The notes below the pieces were generated by a model, which ran no database searches, had not been told where the DNA came from, and worked only from the letters and a program-made list of their open reading frames with translations. The translations under genes and the position numbers were made by a program. A stretch of DNA of 59,952 nucleotides, the filler included, from Sphacelaria rigidula (lineage: Eukaryota), in NCBI GenBank assembly GCA_964200075.2. It is 9 parts of 9 records of this genome, joined end to end, with 100 filler letters (N's around TTAATTAATTAA, not from the genome) between each part and the next. Parts side by side here need not be neighbours in the genome. Positions count along the whole stretch, not along the records: positions 6,674 to 13,246 come from CAXNAA020019282.1; positions 13,347 to 19,919 come from CAXNAA020019283.1; positions 20,020 to 26,592 come from CAXNAA020019284.1; 6 more parts are not named here. One strand, given 5' to 3'. This document shows positions 11,813-24,296 of the stretch, one piece after another. Numbering within the stretch: position 1 is the first letter of the stretch; each line of letters opens with the position of its first letter.

Positions 11813-13605
11813 ATACCATTTCATTCTTTTGTTCGCCTACCGATGGGATTCGTATCCAGTGCGCTCCTTTTCCCAAACATTGGTGCCCTAAGTAAAAAAC
11901 TTAGACAAATGATCAAATCAGGGGGCAAGCAAAATTGGCGAGAATTTACCGAAAAGATATAGGATCGGAAACTGTCGACAATTCCTGTCGTCTCATTGTT
12001 GATCAGCTGCTTCACTCGTCCGATCTAAATGTCACGACCATCGAAAGCCTAGCAAGGAATACCCACTTTGTAGTCACCCATCAATTGGGCATGTTGTATT
12101 AACAACCGGCGAGCCTTCGATGACTACCGCCTGTGACCAGCTTTCGAGGAACAACAATCCGTGACGAATTGGTCTCTCCGATGACACCCTGCTCGCGGCC
12201 TGCACGGGACTGCAGGGTCAAGTCTCACTGCCTCAGAATGGGCTTTGCACTTCTTTTGGTTCCGAATTTTTTTGTACCGAACAAACTTTCCATGACGTGA
12301 TCGACTGTACCGGACAAACCTTTTTTATGGCGTAATCGATTAACTGACAGCCACGAGCGTGCTGTGTGGTGGGACGCTCCACGTACTGCACGCGGTTTGC
12401 AAATCGCGGCACGCACAGTGAATGGTCTGACGGCAGCGTGAAAAAAAAACAGCGGGATTTTGACTTGTGGTTGGGGGGAAAAAACTGGCGACGGAACCAC
12501 CTCTTCTGTTTGTGAACTACATGAAGAAAAAAAAAACGGCGAATAGATTATCTGAGTGAGCGGAGGACTCCGGGATAGTTGTACGATTGGAGAGATGCTG
12601 CTTGTTGAGCCCCTTTCGGCTCTTGTTCATCCTGGTTTGGGGCCAGCCTGTACCCCGGGGACACATTGAGCGTTGGACAGCGAAGCGGTCTGTTTTAGTC
12701 CAAGTATGCCTGCCACTGCATCACTGCCTTGTGATGACCTCTGTAATACGTCTGCCACAGGACATCAAAAATTCCGATTTGCGCGGTTCAAGGTTTCACA
12801 CACGGATGGGTTTAAGGGCCTGTCTCAGCACTTTTCTTTTCAATCGAAAAAATGAGACGGTGGAATCGATCCAAGCAAAAAAATCTCGCTTTGATGCAGT
12901 TGGGTCCGAATGAATTTTTCAAGCTTTCGATCGAAAAAAGACAGCGAAACTCGTGAAACGGTACATGGTCTGTACTACTGTTTGCACTGCTTGCAAGTAG
13001 GGTGTCTTGAGTGCGTGTATGCGTGCTTCGTGCAGGAGAAGATAAAGGGGATTCGGACAGTGTGCACTGGAGACGTGAAAATAACTTCAGCAACGTGCAG
13101 CTTTGTGCCTGCATTGTCCATGAGCGTGCACGCAACTCGGTTGCCCAGAGTACCAAGTGCAGTTCCGTCCCTGATGATTACCATGAGAGAAGATGCGCAA
13201 GTTTTCGCCAACAAAAAATAAACAAAGCACTATCCAACTACTTTCGNNNNNNNNNNNNNNNNNNNNNNNNNNNNNNNNNNNNNNNNNNNNTTAATTAATT
13301 AANNNNNNNNNNNNNNNNNNNNNNNNNNNNNNNNNNNNNNNNNNNNGTGCTCATTTTGACGACCGTAATTGTTCAGAATGGTCACCCCGCGTCTCTCGCG
13401 CCTTGTGCACGGCTCATAATTTTCCGCGGGAAGCTTCCAAACACACATGGTTGAGTCCGTGAGCTTCTCCCATGCTCCGCGGATAGACACCCCCGCCTCA
13501 AAAACCACACTCCCCCGAGCCCTGGAAACCCCCGGATGTCTCGGAACTGTCAGCCTGTACAACTGTTCCGAGGCGACGCTCGTCGTCTCAGGGTTGAGAA
13601 CATTT

Positions 13606-13874
13606 CACGGGTCGGACGAATCGATTATTCGTCTGGCTGGAAATCACTTGATCTTCGTCTGATTGATTCGCTCTGTACAAATCAATCCGTGGGCTTTGTT
13701 TTCAGCATTGCAACCCAGGTGAGGTACCCGCAGCCCAGGCACGCGGAATGGCGCAAAAGTTGCGTGGAAACTTTTTTGACTCATCGGTGGACTTTGTCCT
13801 CTCTTCCTAGTAATCAGGCCTGAAAAATTCGTGGACTTGGTGGCTCGAACCGGCGATGATTCGTCCGAACCGTG
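13606..13874. mobile_element. 269-bp MITE with perfect 8-bp TSD (hAT-like)
   Basis: TIRs CACGGGTCGGACGAATC / GATTCGTCCGAACCGTG; GAACATTT on both flanks; second copy at 44683-44942 in the opposite orientation. Confidence 0.88.
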
Positions 13875-15689
13875 GAACATTTTCTCACTTTCGGATGACA
13901 TTTGTGGAGGGAACCATATCAAATCTCGACGGAGGCAGCAGCAGACCTTACCAGCGCAGTAGCTCAGGTCGGCCGCCTACCGATCGACGCTTGCAGTAAC
14001 ACCGATAACAACCATCACTCAGGGTTTGCCGTATCTTTGAGGTTGCTATCCTCGGGGCTCGTGCGCCGCCTCGCGGGAGGATGCCGCCGCGCAGTGGCGC
14101 CGAAGAGGACGGTGTCTTCTGCCAAGGGCCACTGTGAACCTGTTTGGAATGGTATGTAATGCGTGAGAGGACCGCGTGCTTTTTGGACCGCGTCGGAATT
14201 GAAACACCACCATGACGGGAGTAAGGGTCACGGTTAGTGTTAGGGTTACCGTCAAGGGCGTGGTTTCTGCAGGAAGTAGTCCGAGCGGTCATGACAAACC
14301 TCGTTTCTACGGTGTTGTAATTCCGATACAGCCCGAAAAGCGCGCTGTCCTCCCACGCAGAGTACAGGGGGGAATGCCCCCGTACGGACAGTACCAGAGT
14401 TACCGAGCAAGAGACAACTACAGTCTGACGATGACGGGAGCGGTTTATGTGGTCTCCCTCTCTATCAGAATCAATCTGTCCTGACTGTACAGGATGCTCC
14501 TACGTGAATATTTTGAGCTTTCTCCGACAGTCGCGTGACGACCTTTCGCGTCGTTTCTCACGAGCTGGTTTACGGTCATCACCCGAACAACGCTCATCGG
14601 AAAAACCTCACGCCGTTTCAAGGAGTAAGACCGTGAAATTTTGCACAGATGTTATATGGGTCATTACGGAACTTCCAAAGAACGTGGTCTTTTATCACCC
14701 TTTACTCCTTTCACCGTTTTTCGGGAGTCCCTGTTTTGTCGGGAAAACATCGATCTAATCGGGCCGCCGTAAAACGGTGAATAGTACATCTAAAAATGTC
14801 GTTGTTCCAAGGTTGCGTAATAACCTACAGAACAGCTGTGCGAAATTTCGGGGTCTAACTCCTCAAAATGGCGTGAGATTTTTCGCTTTTGTGCGATAAA
14901 CCTTGGCGTACCGCGGTGCAACCGCACATTACTTGATTTTTGTACCAAAAAGGCGTTTTTGGGCCTTCTTTGACGTGAACATTTTGCGACGAAATTTCGT
15001 GGGGCCCCTCCTTGGTTTATGCGGCGACAAATCGTGCGCGAAAAAGTGAAGAAAAAAATGACGTGGTGCCGGTTTTTCGGGGTCCCAGAATCGAGACTAG
15101 TTCGTAAAACGACTTGGGTCCCGTCGGACCCCCGAAAAACGGTGAAAATTTCAAGAAGTAAAAAAAAACTCGTTAACAGGAAGTTGCGTAATGATACAAG
15201 GCATATTTTTGCAAGTCTCAGGATCTAACTCCGAATAACGGCGTGAAGGTTTGCGCGTTTGTGGAGCACGTGGGCTTGAAACGTGTAACCCCTCACTACT
15301 TGGTTTTGGTACAAAAACGTCTTTTGGGGTGAATTTTACGTCAAGGCAAGAAAAACTGTTTGAGGCTTTCGATTTCCGCCACCGAACTTTGTACATGTGT
15401 TCCTTGGGCTATCCCGGGACGCATCATTTTTTCTCTGAGGGCATTCTGTAGCCCCTTCCGGAGGTCTTCATACCAGGACCCCCGGAAGCCGGTAGAGAAC
15501 GGATGAACCCTGAACTATTGTCAAGAATACAATTTTTCCATTTGAAGCATCAATGCCTACGAAACTGCCAAGTTCGAGGACAATCTGAGCTTTTCTACGA
15601 CAGATATAGGGGACACCGTCACGAGGCTCCCTGGGTTTTTCGTGCGTATCACTCGAAATTAGACGACGCCAACACCCGACATCACCGAA

Positions 15690-16050
15690 ACATCACGGTT
15701 TTGGGTATAATTCGACCCCGGTGTTAACCGTATGAAAAAATGTTTTTGTCGTTAGATTCCCATGCCGATGACGGTTACTACGATTCGAAACATGTGGAGA
15801 TTGGGTGAAAATTGGGCTTGGAATTTGTAATTTCGATCTCGGAACTATTGAAAGGGCGCTGATTGGTTGAGACATATTTCCGTCTATAGCGCCCCCGCTA
15901 CGGCCTTGAACGAAAATCTGGCCATGTCACCCTCTTCGTTTTATCATTGCTGTCAGTATGATACAATATATGTGACTATTGGGTGCGTATTGCGGGAGGC
16001 AGTTGCTGATGACACAATTTTGGGTGATCACCGTGAACCAGCTCGTACCT
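15690..16050. repeat. Dispersed repeat, homologous to ~37495-37812
   Basis: Shared blocks GGTTACTACGATT.GAA..ATGTGGAGATT.GGT.AAAATTGGGCTTGGAATT and CACAATTTTGGGTGAT...GAACCAGCTCGTA. Confidence 0.75.
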
Positions 16051-16491
16051 ATTCGTTAATCGTTTTCAGAGAAGGACAGAGAGCAATTTGCAAACGTTCA
16101 CGCATGGATCACGGGAGTTTGAGCCCTGCCGAGGCATAGTTCAAGTCGTACAGTCAGTGCATTTCTCATTGTTCTGCCGGCTCGAAGCACACAGTGCCAA
16201 CTCTGTCGTACATTCCCGCGCCGCGATATATTTCGTGTGTCAAGCGCCTCCCCCCTTCACAGTGGCATGCATCCTTTCCCATCCGGGCGCCTCCACCTGT
16301 GAGGTTGTCGGTGTGGGCACGTTTCTCCCACGAAGGCGTGTCCGTCTAAGCTCCGCGCAGTGGAGCATGACCGTATCAAACGTAACTGCCGTGTCAGAAA
16401 TTCCAAAATCTGTAAACTGCCTCTATATTATGAACGAGGACTAACACTGCATCAGCTCGGAGCAGCGCCTAAACTAGGTGTCTTGCGGCGG

Positions 16492-17126
16492 GTGTGTGTG
16501 TTGTGTGTGTTGTCATCCCATTTAGAGTGATGCTACGGTAGGGGGGCAAAAATATTTTTTGAGGTTATAATTGTTAGGAGCCCTTGATCTCATCCAAAAC
16601 AAGACTTATGAAAATATGTGAGAGTACGCCAGGATTACTACTCCAATTTGCTGGGGATATCCCGACTGAATTTACAAACGGGGATGTCCTGACCCGTATT
16701 CTTCTGCATCTAGAACCGTTAGCAGCCCCTGAATAAGACGAGGGTTCGTGCAAAAAGTGCACCCCTACCGTGGCATTGCTCTTTATTTTGGACGCCAGTC
16801 TACACCTGTCGGTTTATGTGGGCGCATCGGCCGGGGTCACACAGGAGGAAGGTCAGCACAGGAGCTTCTTCTTTCTTCTTTTGTTTCAGTACTCCACCTT
16901 CCTTCTGCGGTGTTTGCCTTCTTTTTTTATCGCGAGAGGGGTTCAGCGGTACCCTTCCCTCGTCGACCGTGAAGTCAATTTTTGTGTACCCACGACATGG
17001 TCGCTGTCCATTGTTGGGTATGGTGTGAGAAAAAATCCCAGATCGTGTGACTGCACCGAGATTCGAACCCACGACCCCACCGGCAGAAAGTTTCGAGGTT
17101 ACCAACTAAGGCGCCGGGGCAACGGG
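16492..17126 (-). mobile_element. tRNA-derived SINE family A, interrupted by the MITE at 16525-16781
   Basis: B-box GGGTTCGAATC on the minus strand near 17060-17070. The 3' end ACTGGCGTCCAAAATAAA resumes beyond the MITE as TGGGATGACAACACAC. Confidence 0.82.
16525..16781. mobile_element. 257-bp MITE with 4-bp TSD (Sola-like), inserted in the tail of a SINE
   Basis: TIRs GAGTGATGCTACGGTAGGGGGGC and reverse-complemented GAGCAATGCCACGGTAGGGGTGC; TTTA duplicated at 16521-16524 and 16782-16785. Confidence 0.85.
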
Positions 17127-18769
17127 CGTGCTTTTGTACCGAATTCCGTAAACCGCCTTCATACTCTTGAAGAAGAATAACACCGGAACGGCTCGAAGCA
17201 ACACTAGAAAGTAGGTTCCCCGGTGTTGTGCGGCGCGACCGCCCCAGAGTATGCCGCGCGGTGTGGTCGATCACTCGGGCTCTTCGAGTATTGCGCAGCT
17301 TGCCGTGCATGGTATCCGATGCGGTCTGGCGGCGGTGCTTAGAACGCAGATTGTTGAGATGGTTTTTTCTGGCAGTAAATAGACACCAGCACAGACGTGA
17401 AACTGTACTGTATTAACTAATGCGACCGTACCGCATACGGTATTATACCGTATCGTCAGTGATGTACGTGAAGTCCAGGGTTCTCTAGCCAATGCTCTAA
17501 ATATATTCGGCTGTACGATTTTCTTCGCAACGCTGGGATGCACCTTGCAGAAAAGAGACAATTCAGTACAGGATACTCCACCAATATATATCGTACCACG
17601 AGTTTACCCTCTGCGTGATGAATGCGTTACGAGAAAATGCGACAACGACAGTGCTGCTCATTTTCAGTGTAATGGGGGTATTCTACAGCGATCATAACTC
17701 ATCATCAGTGGCGTCAATTCGAGACTGTCAATGACATGCTCAAATGCCTCGAAAACACTAAGACTACAGGGGCAGATGCCCTTGGAAGAGAGGTTGCCAC
17801 ATCCGCACGGATACCTGGCGCTACGAACCGGGTCACCGCGTATTTTGCAGCCCGGTGGGGGAGGATGCATATCACTGCGAGAGGGAGAAGCGTTTATTGC
17901 ACGATGTGTATCCCGCCACGGCAATACCCAACAAAGTTGACACTGTGTGTTCCTAGTGGCAGTACAACGAGCACTGTAGTACTAGCTTTACAATGCAGAC
18001 CACACCATGGTAGGGCTTAAACGCCCGCGATCCATGGGTGAAAAAAATCGAGTTATAACTCACACTCTGTCCTATTCTGTAATTAAGTGAAAACTCCGCA
18101 AAAGGCTGATCATGCGTCCGCCAGAAAGAGGAAAATAGCTTGAAGTGGGGCCATGTCACCGGAGAATATGCGGCTAATTATGACAGAAGAGTACTCCAGC
18201 AATCGCCCCTGTCATTCTCAGGCCGTCATGGTAGCCGACATGCGAAGAACAGCCCATCATCAAGATTGAGGATGGGGCTTTTCATTGAGGACGGGGAAGC
18301 CCCGTAACGGCGCGCGGAAAGTGCCCATACATATATTGGCTGAACTTGCTTGTTGTCCAAGAACGATCAAGAACGGTCGAGTCTACAAAAACTGGCAGTT
18401 CATTCTGGGCTTGATCGTTCTTGGATAAAAATGCAAGTTCCGCCAAAAACAAACTGCGGCCACAGGAAAACGCAAAGGTGTCCTGAAGCCTTCTCAATAA
18501 GTATACATCGTGTTTATTTTGATCCGACGGATCGCCCGCAACTAAAAAGCCGGGGTGACCCCTCTTGACTAAATTTTTAGAATCCTACTCGCCGCTGATC
18601 ACCTCTGTTTTTGTTACTTCGTATTGACATCGGCTGTTGAAAAACAATGTTACATTTGTGTTGGGTCAAAACTGAGCAGCACGTTTAAAGAGGCGCTTTT
18701 GTTTGTTTGAAATTTGATGTCAGGTCCTGACCTGCATTTGTAATAAAAAAACGCCAGTGGCCTAGAAAA

Positions 18770-19040
18770 ATATACCTTCTCGTTTTTTGCCCAAGAAAAG
18801 TACTAAAAATGACCAGAAACGCGAAAACGGCGGAAAAACGCCACCTAGCCCGTTTTCGCTCTGGATTCTTCACGCACATCATTCGGGGGGTATTGGCACC
18901 CGGGCCTCGAAAAATCCCCGGAAAAACGAACACGTTGCTCGCGACGTATTCCCACGCGAAAACGGCTGTCTCGCCTCCAGAAACCGCTCCCCCTTTCTAG
19001 GCCAAAACATCACCAGGTTTACGAGCTGGGCCAGCCTAAA
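18770..19040 (+). repeat. Dispersed repeat, probably a non-autonomous DNA transposon; other copies at ~46765-47035 (-) and 59890-59952 (+, truncated)
   Basis: CTAGAAAA..TATACCTTCTCGTTTTTTGCCCAAGAAA.GTAC.AAAAATG.CCAG is shared by three contigs. Confidence 0.8.
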
Positions 19041-19838
19041 AGCGGATTATGCTCTCGAAGCGATATCTCAACGACACAGACGAGTTGGGCCGTGATCAGC
19101 ATATCGTATTCATCGTCTCATCAAGGGGATGGTGCCCATCTGCTCAAAAATCTTGGCCAATCTTTTCTCGTTGATATAACCCCATGTCTAGTAATTCCTA
19201 CACCTTGCGGAGATAGCGTCCCCACTAAAATCTATATGAAACCCCGAACGATCGATTAAGCGGATGATGACGATTGTCGTTGTGGACCTTCCCTGGAGCA
19301 CGGGGAAACGATAGATACCCTCACCTTAACGCAATTCGTAATCTTTTAGAGATAGGGCGCACATAAATTTCCATACTAAAATCAGTATATTACGAGCAGA
19401 GGCAGTAGATGATCTAAATCTGAATATCGCGTCTCAGCTTTTGAGAGGTGTGCCATGAAATTTTATATGGAGAACCGCTAGTGCATATTGAAATAAAAAA
19501 CACAGCTCTTTCTTCCTTTTTTTCGTTTTTTTTCATCTTTTTTCGTGTTTTTAGGGGAGTTTTGAGGAGAAATAAACATTACTCTTGGGCCTTATCTCCA
19601 TTTTTCAGCTCAATTTTGATAATTGTGATTTGAAACTTGGCATGGAGAACGACAGAGGTACGCTGAGTAAAAAAATGAGCCGCCTTTTTTTTTAATGAGA
19701 GGTTCGGGCGTTCTCGAAAAAAAATGGTCGTTACCATACTAAAACGCCGTCAATCAGTGAAAAATAAAAATGAAGCCAACCTCACCGACAGTGCCCAACC
19801 GACAGTGCTACAAAAAACCCCTCCGAGACCCTATGTAC

Positions 19839-19876
<38 letters not shown>

Positions 19877-20019
19877 CTTCGCCCCGCCGCCCGACCCCTC
19901 AAAAGGCCCACCATTGCGCNNNNNNNNNNNNNNNNNNNNNNNNNNNNNNNNNNNNNNNNNNNNTTAATTAATTAANNNNNNNNNNNNNNNNNNNNNNNNN
20001 NNNNNNNNNNNNNNNNNNN

Positions 20020-21500
20020 GCACTATTGGATCTTTCAAGGCGTGAGACGTTGATAGCGTGTTGTTCGCGCACCAAGGTGAAAGCTTTGCGCTGACGAGCC
20101 CTGGCGAGGTCGTGGTAGGACATCTGATCCTGTTCCAGACCTTGGTGACCATCGAAGGTATGTCGTTCGAAAACGGTGATGGGCAGACGAGGGTAGCGTC
20201 CAAGATGCAGCTCGTTGGGCGAGAGGCCCGTAGCCGCGTTAACCGAATTGTTGTAAGACAACATGACATGCGAGAGATGAAGGTCCCAATCATTTTGTCG
20301 GTCGTTGACGACCATGGATAGCATTTGAGCCATCGTGTGGTTCACACGTTCAGTCCCACCGTTACCGTTAGGGTGGTAGGCGCTCGTGGCAATTTTGCGA
20401 ATGCCGAGGAGCTTGTACAAAGCATCCGAGAGGTCGGAGCAAAATTGTTGACCATTGTCGGAGAGGAGCCGTTTTGGGCAGCCATAGTGCTTAATGTAGT
20501 CATGGACGAGAATGTCCGCTGTGCCGGCAGCAGTGAAATCGCTAGCAGTGACAGCATACATAGCCACGTGGCGGCTGAAGCGGTCGGTGAAGAGTAGAAT
20601 GTAGGTATTACCACGGTCAGTTGGGGGTAAAGGACCGAAGTAGTCGAACGATACGAAGTGACCAGGAGCGCTTGGAAGCTCCATGGAAATCACCGGCCAT
20701 CGCACAGTCTGTCGAGAGGTTTTGCGAGCTTGGCATTTGAAACATCGGTGGACCCGAAAACGCGTGGATGCTTCCATGCCAATCCACCAATAAAAACGTT
20801 CAAGGAGCGCTAATGTGCGCGTGACGCCTAAGTGGCAGGACAAATCAGAGTGACAGCCTTTCATGACCCACGGGCGCATCATGATAGGGACATAGATGCG
20901 GAGAGGGGCGTCATGACGCATAAGTGCCGAAGCGGCAGTTGTTACTGCGGCAGCCGTGCCCAATTGGGATTTGGGTCGACGAACGAGCAGATGAATGTCC
21001 TCGTTAGTCGTGAAGACGGTACCTTTGTGTGCCAGCTCGAGCACATCAGAGGCGGCGGGGGCGGGTAAAGGGCCTACGGTGGTCAGGATTTCCGACGGAA
21101 AAAGGGTGGGGCAGTTAAGCCTCAAGTACCGCATTGTCGCACGACAGAGCGGGTCCTGTTGTCGATCGCGAGCCCAATCGTGGTGAGAATAGCTAGCGAG
21201 AAATTCCCGAAGTTGGCCTTCAGCCGGAGAGCCAACCAGGTACGGTGGCTCAGGAGGCGGCGGCACAGGCGAAGAAGCAGGTATGCCGACGGCAACGTGT
21301 TGACCCGGGAGAGGATCTGACGCATGTGAATCACGAGTCAGAGGCGCAGGTGCTGGAAGATTCCCAGAAGGCGGCGTGGGTGTAGCGCGAACTGATGGAC
21401 GCGATCGGCGCGTTGGGCGCACAAGGGGCGGGGGCGGTGTTGGTACAACACTGGGCACACGGCCAGTTGTTGAAGGCGTGGTACGGTTCGTGGGGCACAA
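20020..21500 (-). CDS. Gypsy integrase (HHCC zinc finger and DDE core) preceded by a Pro-rich linker; 3' end cut by the contig edge
   Basis: HSDLSCHLG...CFKC zinc finger; SFDYFGPLP, LLSDNGQQF, YHPNGNGGTERVN. Confidence 0.93.
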
Positions 21501-21879
21501 GGCGGCGGCGACGACGACGTATTGCTACGTGCGGCCGGCGATGGTGGTGGCATTACAGCCCGCGAAGAATTGGCACGAGCTGCCGACCGAGAGCGCGTGT
21601 TGTCGGAGATGAGGTGAACAGTTGGTGGTGGCGGCGCCGAGATGTTCGCGCGAGGGCCGAGAGTGCGAAAGTCGGCAAAATCAGCAGCTGTGTGCGCTAA
21701 GCCATCCCAGACTGTATCAGGGGGTAGAGGGCGGGGGCCACCCATGTGCAGACCTGTTTCCGGGCATTGCAGGTCGAGCGCGTAGATGGGCGTAGAAAAA
21801 CGCCGGATGGGGTAGACGCCTGATTCGTCTGGTTCAGTCAAGCGGCAAGCGGGGCTGAAATCTACCGCTGTAGGAGGCA

Positions 21880-22290
21880 GGGGTAATCGCGAAAGAAGGT
21901 CAGCATTGCCGTTGGTTTTGCCCGGACGGTGTCTAACAGTGTACTAGTAGGCAGTCAAGAACTCCAGCCACCGTTGTACGCGGGGGTTATGTTCTCCAAC
22001 CTTAGCGAGTTGTTCAAGAGCTCCGTGATCTGTGTAGATGTGGAAAGGCACGTGGAACAAGTACTGTCGAAGCCTTTTAATAGCCCAATGACTCCACCTT
22101 CGAGTTCGAGGGGACTTCAGTTTGCCTCATTTGGGAGGGTCGCGCGGCTGATGTACAAAATAGGTCGGACAGAGCCATCCAGTTGAGGCTGATTCAAAAC
22201 GGAGCCGAACCCATCTGTGATAGCATCGGTGTGTAGTTGGAAAAGACGTGAGCTGTCTTGTACCGCATCCCAATCCGGAAAACAAAGAAC
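21880..22290 (-). pseudogene. Gypsy RNase H domain, disrupted
   Basis: Read across frames: FPDWDAVQDSSRLFQLHTDA..DGFGSVL, RPILYISR, FHIYTDHGAL, RVQRWLEFL, HRPGKTNGNADLLSRLP, with in-frame stops and a frameshift. Confidence 0.85.
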
Positions 22291-24296
22291 CGGTTTTCGG
22301 TCAGTGTTTTGAGCAGTTCGCGGACTGTGGCCTCCATGTCTTTAGTGAAGACAAACGGGACGTTTTTCTTCAGTAAATCTGTGATGGGCCGGGTCCGCTT
22401 GGACAAGTTGGGCAAAAATTTGCGATAGTATGAAAGTCCGCCTAACAGCGAGCGAAGCTGCGAAATATTGGTGGGCATGGGCAGATCTGTCATAGCTTTG
22501 ACCTTGTTCGTGTCGGGGTGCAATCCAGCAGGAGAGATAGAGTGTCCCAAGAAACCCAGTTCAGTGGCTCCGAGTCGAGCTTTGGATGGAGACAATTTCA
22601 AGTCGTGTGTACGCAAGCGGGAGAGAAATTCCCGTAGAGTGCGAACATGCGCCTTGGGGGAGGCATCAAAAGCGATAGCATCGTCTAGATACATGATAAC
22701 ATGCTCGAGACCGTCAGTAACGCGTTGCATGAGGCGTTGAAAGCAGCCAGGTGCGGTGGCAGCGCCTTGTGGCATACGAAGCCATTCAAAAAGCCCTGAA
22801 GATGTACAGAACGCTGTCAAGGGAACTGTATCGGGGTGAATTGCATTTTGGAAAAATCCAGAGGCCAGATCGAAAGTGCTGAATATTTTTCCTTCGCCAA
22901 GAGAGTCGAAGACTTCGTCGATGCGAGGTATGGGGAGTTTTCCCACGACAGTGACGCGGCTCAGCCGTTTGTAGTTCACGGTGATGCGTATATTGCCATC
23001 TTTTTTGGGGACGACCACGAGGGGTGAGGCCCATGGCGAAGCCAGACCAGCTCCTAAGCAGGCATCCAAAATAGCATTGACTTTTTTGGTGAGGAGGGGA
23101 TTCGTTCGATATGGTCGAGATGAGATTGGCGAAACGCCAGGTTGCAGTGTTATCTCGAATGTCAATGTTTTACAATGCCCGAGATCCGTCTTGGATCGTG
23201 AAAATCTGTCCTGATAGTCGAGGAGAACATCTTGTAGCTCTTGGATGACGGCGGGCTCCCAGCCCGGACCATGTAGGTCAAAATTGATATCACGCAAATG
23301 AGGTGGAAGTTGGTGCCACATTTTCAAGAAATGTTCCCGAGAATAGACTGACAAGCGTTGAAGCACTTCATCAGGAGGTTCAGCAGGGGGTCTGTCGGGT
23401 TCCACCGCAGAAATTGGAGTCAGCGATGGGGCGGAGAGATTGAAGTATGGCTCATCGATACAGTGGACAAAGCCATCAGTCGGCGGCGTAAGATCAGGCG
23501 CCGGAGGGTCGGCGACACAGGTTTCTAGAGGAATGTGCATAAGAGGAGCCGCGGCGATGCCCAAGACATCGCCAGGTTCCAAATTAACATAGCCTGTGAG
23601 AGGCAGGAGTTGGTCGCCGTCCGAGACAAGATGCCCAGTGCCAGCGGGAGCACCGAGTTTCGGCAGTAATTCTGCAAGGTAGTGGCCGATGAGGGCAGGC
23701 ATGCCGTTGCGGCGAACAAGAGAAACTTCCAAGAGTTGAGGCTCGTCGGAAAGGGTGACACCGGAAATGCCATTGTACCGAAGGTGGTAAGCCGCTCCAG
23801 TAACCTGCTCATTCTTTTTGTAGGCTAAGGCACCATTGAGGGTACCAAAGTGTTCCAGTTGGAGCTCTCCACGAGGCGCCGACTGAGGCGATAATGGTGG
23901 GAGGGTGCGGTACGTACGTTGATCGAACCGCATGTAGCTATCTCTGCCAAGAAGGAGAGCATGATGCATGGTGCTATCAGGGACGATGTAAGCCCAGACT
24001 GCGAGACTAGCCGAACGTGTATCGTGGTGGAAGAATTGCACACTAAGACGAACAGGTTTTCGTGTCGTCAAGGGTGAATTTGGGTCGCCGAAATCGCCCC
24101 AAACGCGAGGTTGGGTGGTGATTTCGCAGATATCGGAAGCAGCGCTAGTCTGCTTCATATGATTCCACATGGATTCTTTGATGAATGTCTGTGGACTTCC
24201 GCTGTCTAGCAACGAGACGCACTTAGCACGCGCGGTGGCGTAAGGACCGCAGTGTAATGCTACGCGGGTAGTGAAGGTGGCAGGATCAACGGACAC
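22194..24296 (-). CDS. Gypsy Pol segment: aspartic protease and reverse transcriptase (frameshifts into RNase H near 22290)
   Basis: LLDSGS protease motif; SPWASPLVVVPKKDG, FSTFDLASGFFQ, RMPQG and YLDD RT motifs; LRSLLGGLSYYRKF thumb. Confidence 0.93.
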   Translation of the reverse strand: MSVDPATFTTRVALHCGPYATARAKCVSLLDSGSPQTFIKESMWNHMKQTSAASDICEITTQPRVWGDFGDPNSPLTTRKPVRLSVQFFHHDTRSASLAVWAYIVPDSTMHHALLLGRDSYMRFDQRTYRTLPPLSPQSAPRGELQLEHFGTLNGALAYKKNEQVTGAAYHLRYNGISGVTLSDEPQLLEVSLVRRNGMPALIGHYLAELLPKLGAPAGTGHLVSDGDQLLPLTGYVNLEPGDVLGIAAAPLMHIPLETCVADPPAPDLTPPTDGFVHCIDEPYFNLSAPSLTPISAVEPDRPPAEPPDEVLQRLSVYSREHFLKMWHQLPPHLRDINFDLHGPGWEPAVIQELQDVLLDYQDRFSRSKTDLGHCKTLTFEITLQPGVSPISSRPYRTNPLLTKKVNAILDACLGAGLASPWASPLVVVPKKDGNIRITVNYKRLSRVTVVGKLPIPRIDEVFDSLGEGKIFSTFDLASGFFQNAIHPDTVPLTAFCTSSGLFEWLRMPQGAATAPGCFQRLMQRVTDGLEHVIMYLDDAIAFDASPKAHVRTLREFLSRLRTHDLKLSPSKARLGATELGFLGHSISPAGLHPDTNKVKAMTDLPMPTNISQLRSLLGGLSYYRKFLPNLSKRTRPITDLLKKNVPFVFTKDMEATVRELLKTLTENRFFVFRIGMRYKTAHVFSNYTPMLSQMGSAPF

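Noticed and set aside
12910..13221. zf-UBP-like LYYCLHCLQVGC motif
   Set aside because: The downstream His ligands are absent and no convincing exon structure is present.
13952..14139. Possible minus-strand exon with a CAG acceptor and GTAAGG donor
   Set aside because: The translation is unrecognisable and no partner exons were found, so support is insufficient.
14220..14250. Telomere-like GGTTAGTGTTAGGGTTA (also CCCTAACCC near 40748)
   Set aside because: Only one perfect unit, in an interstitial position.
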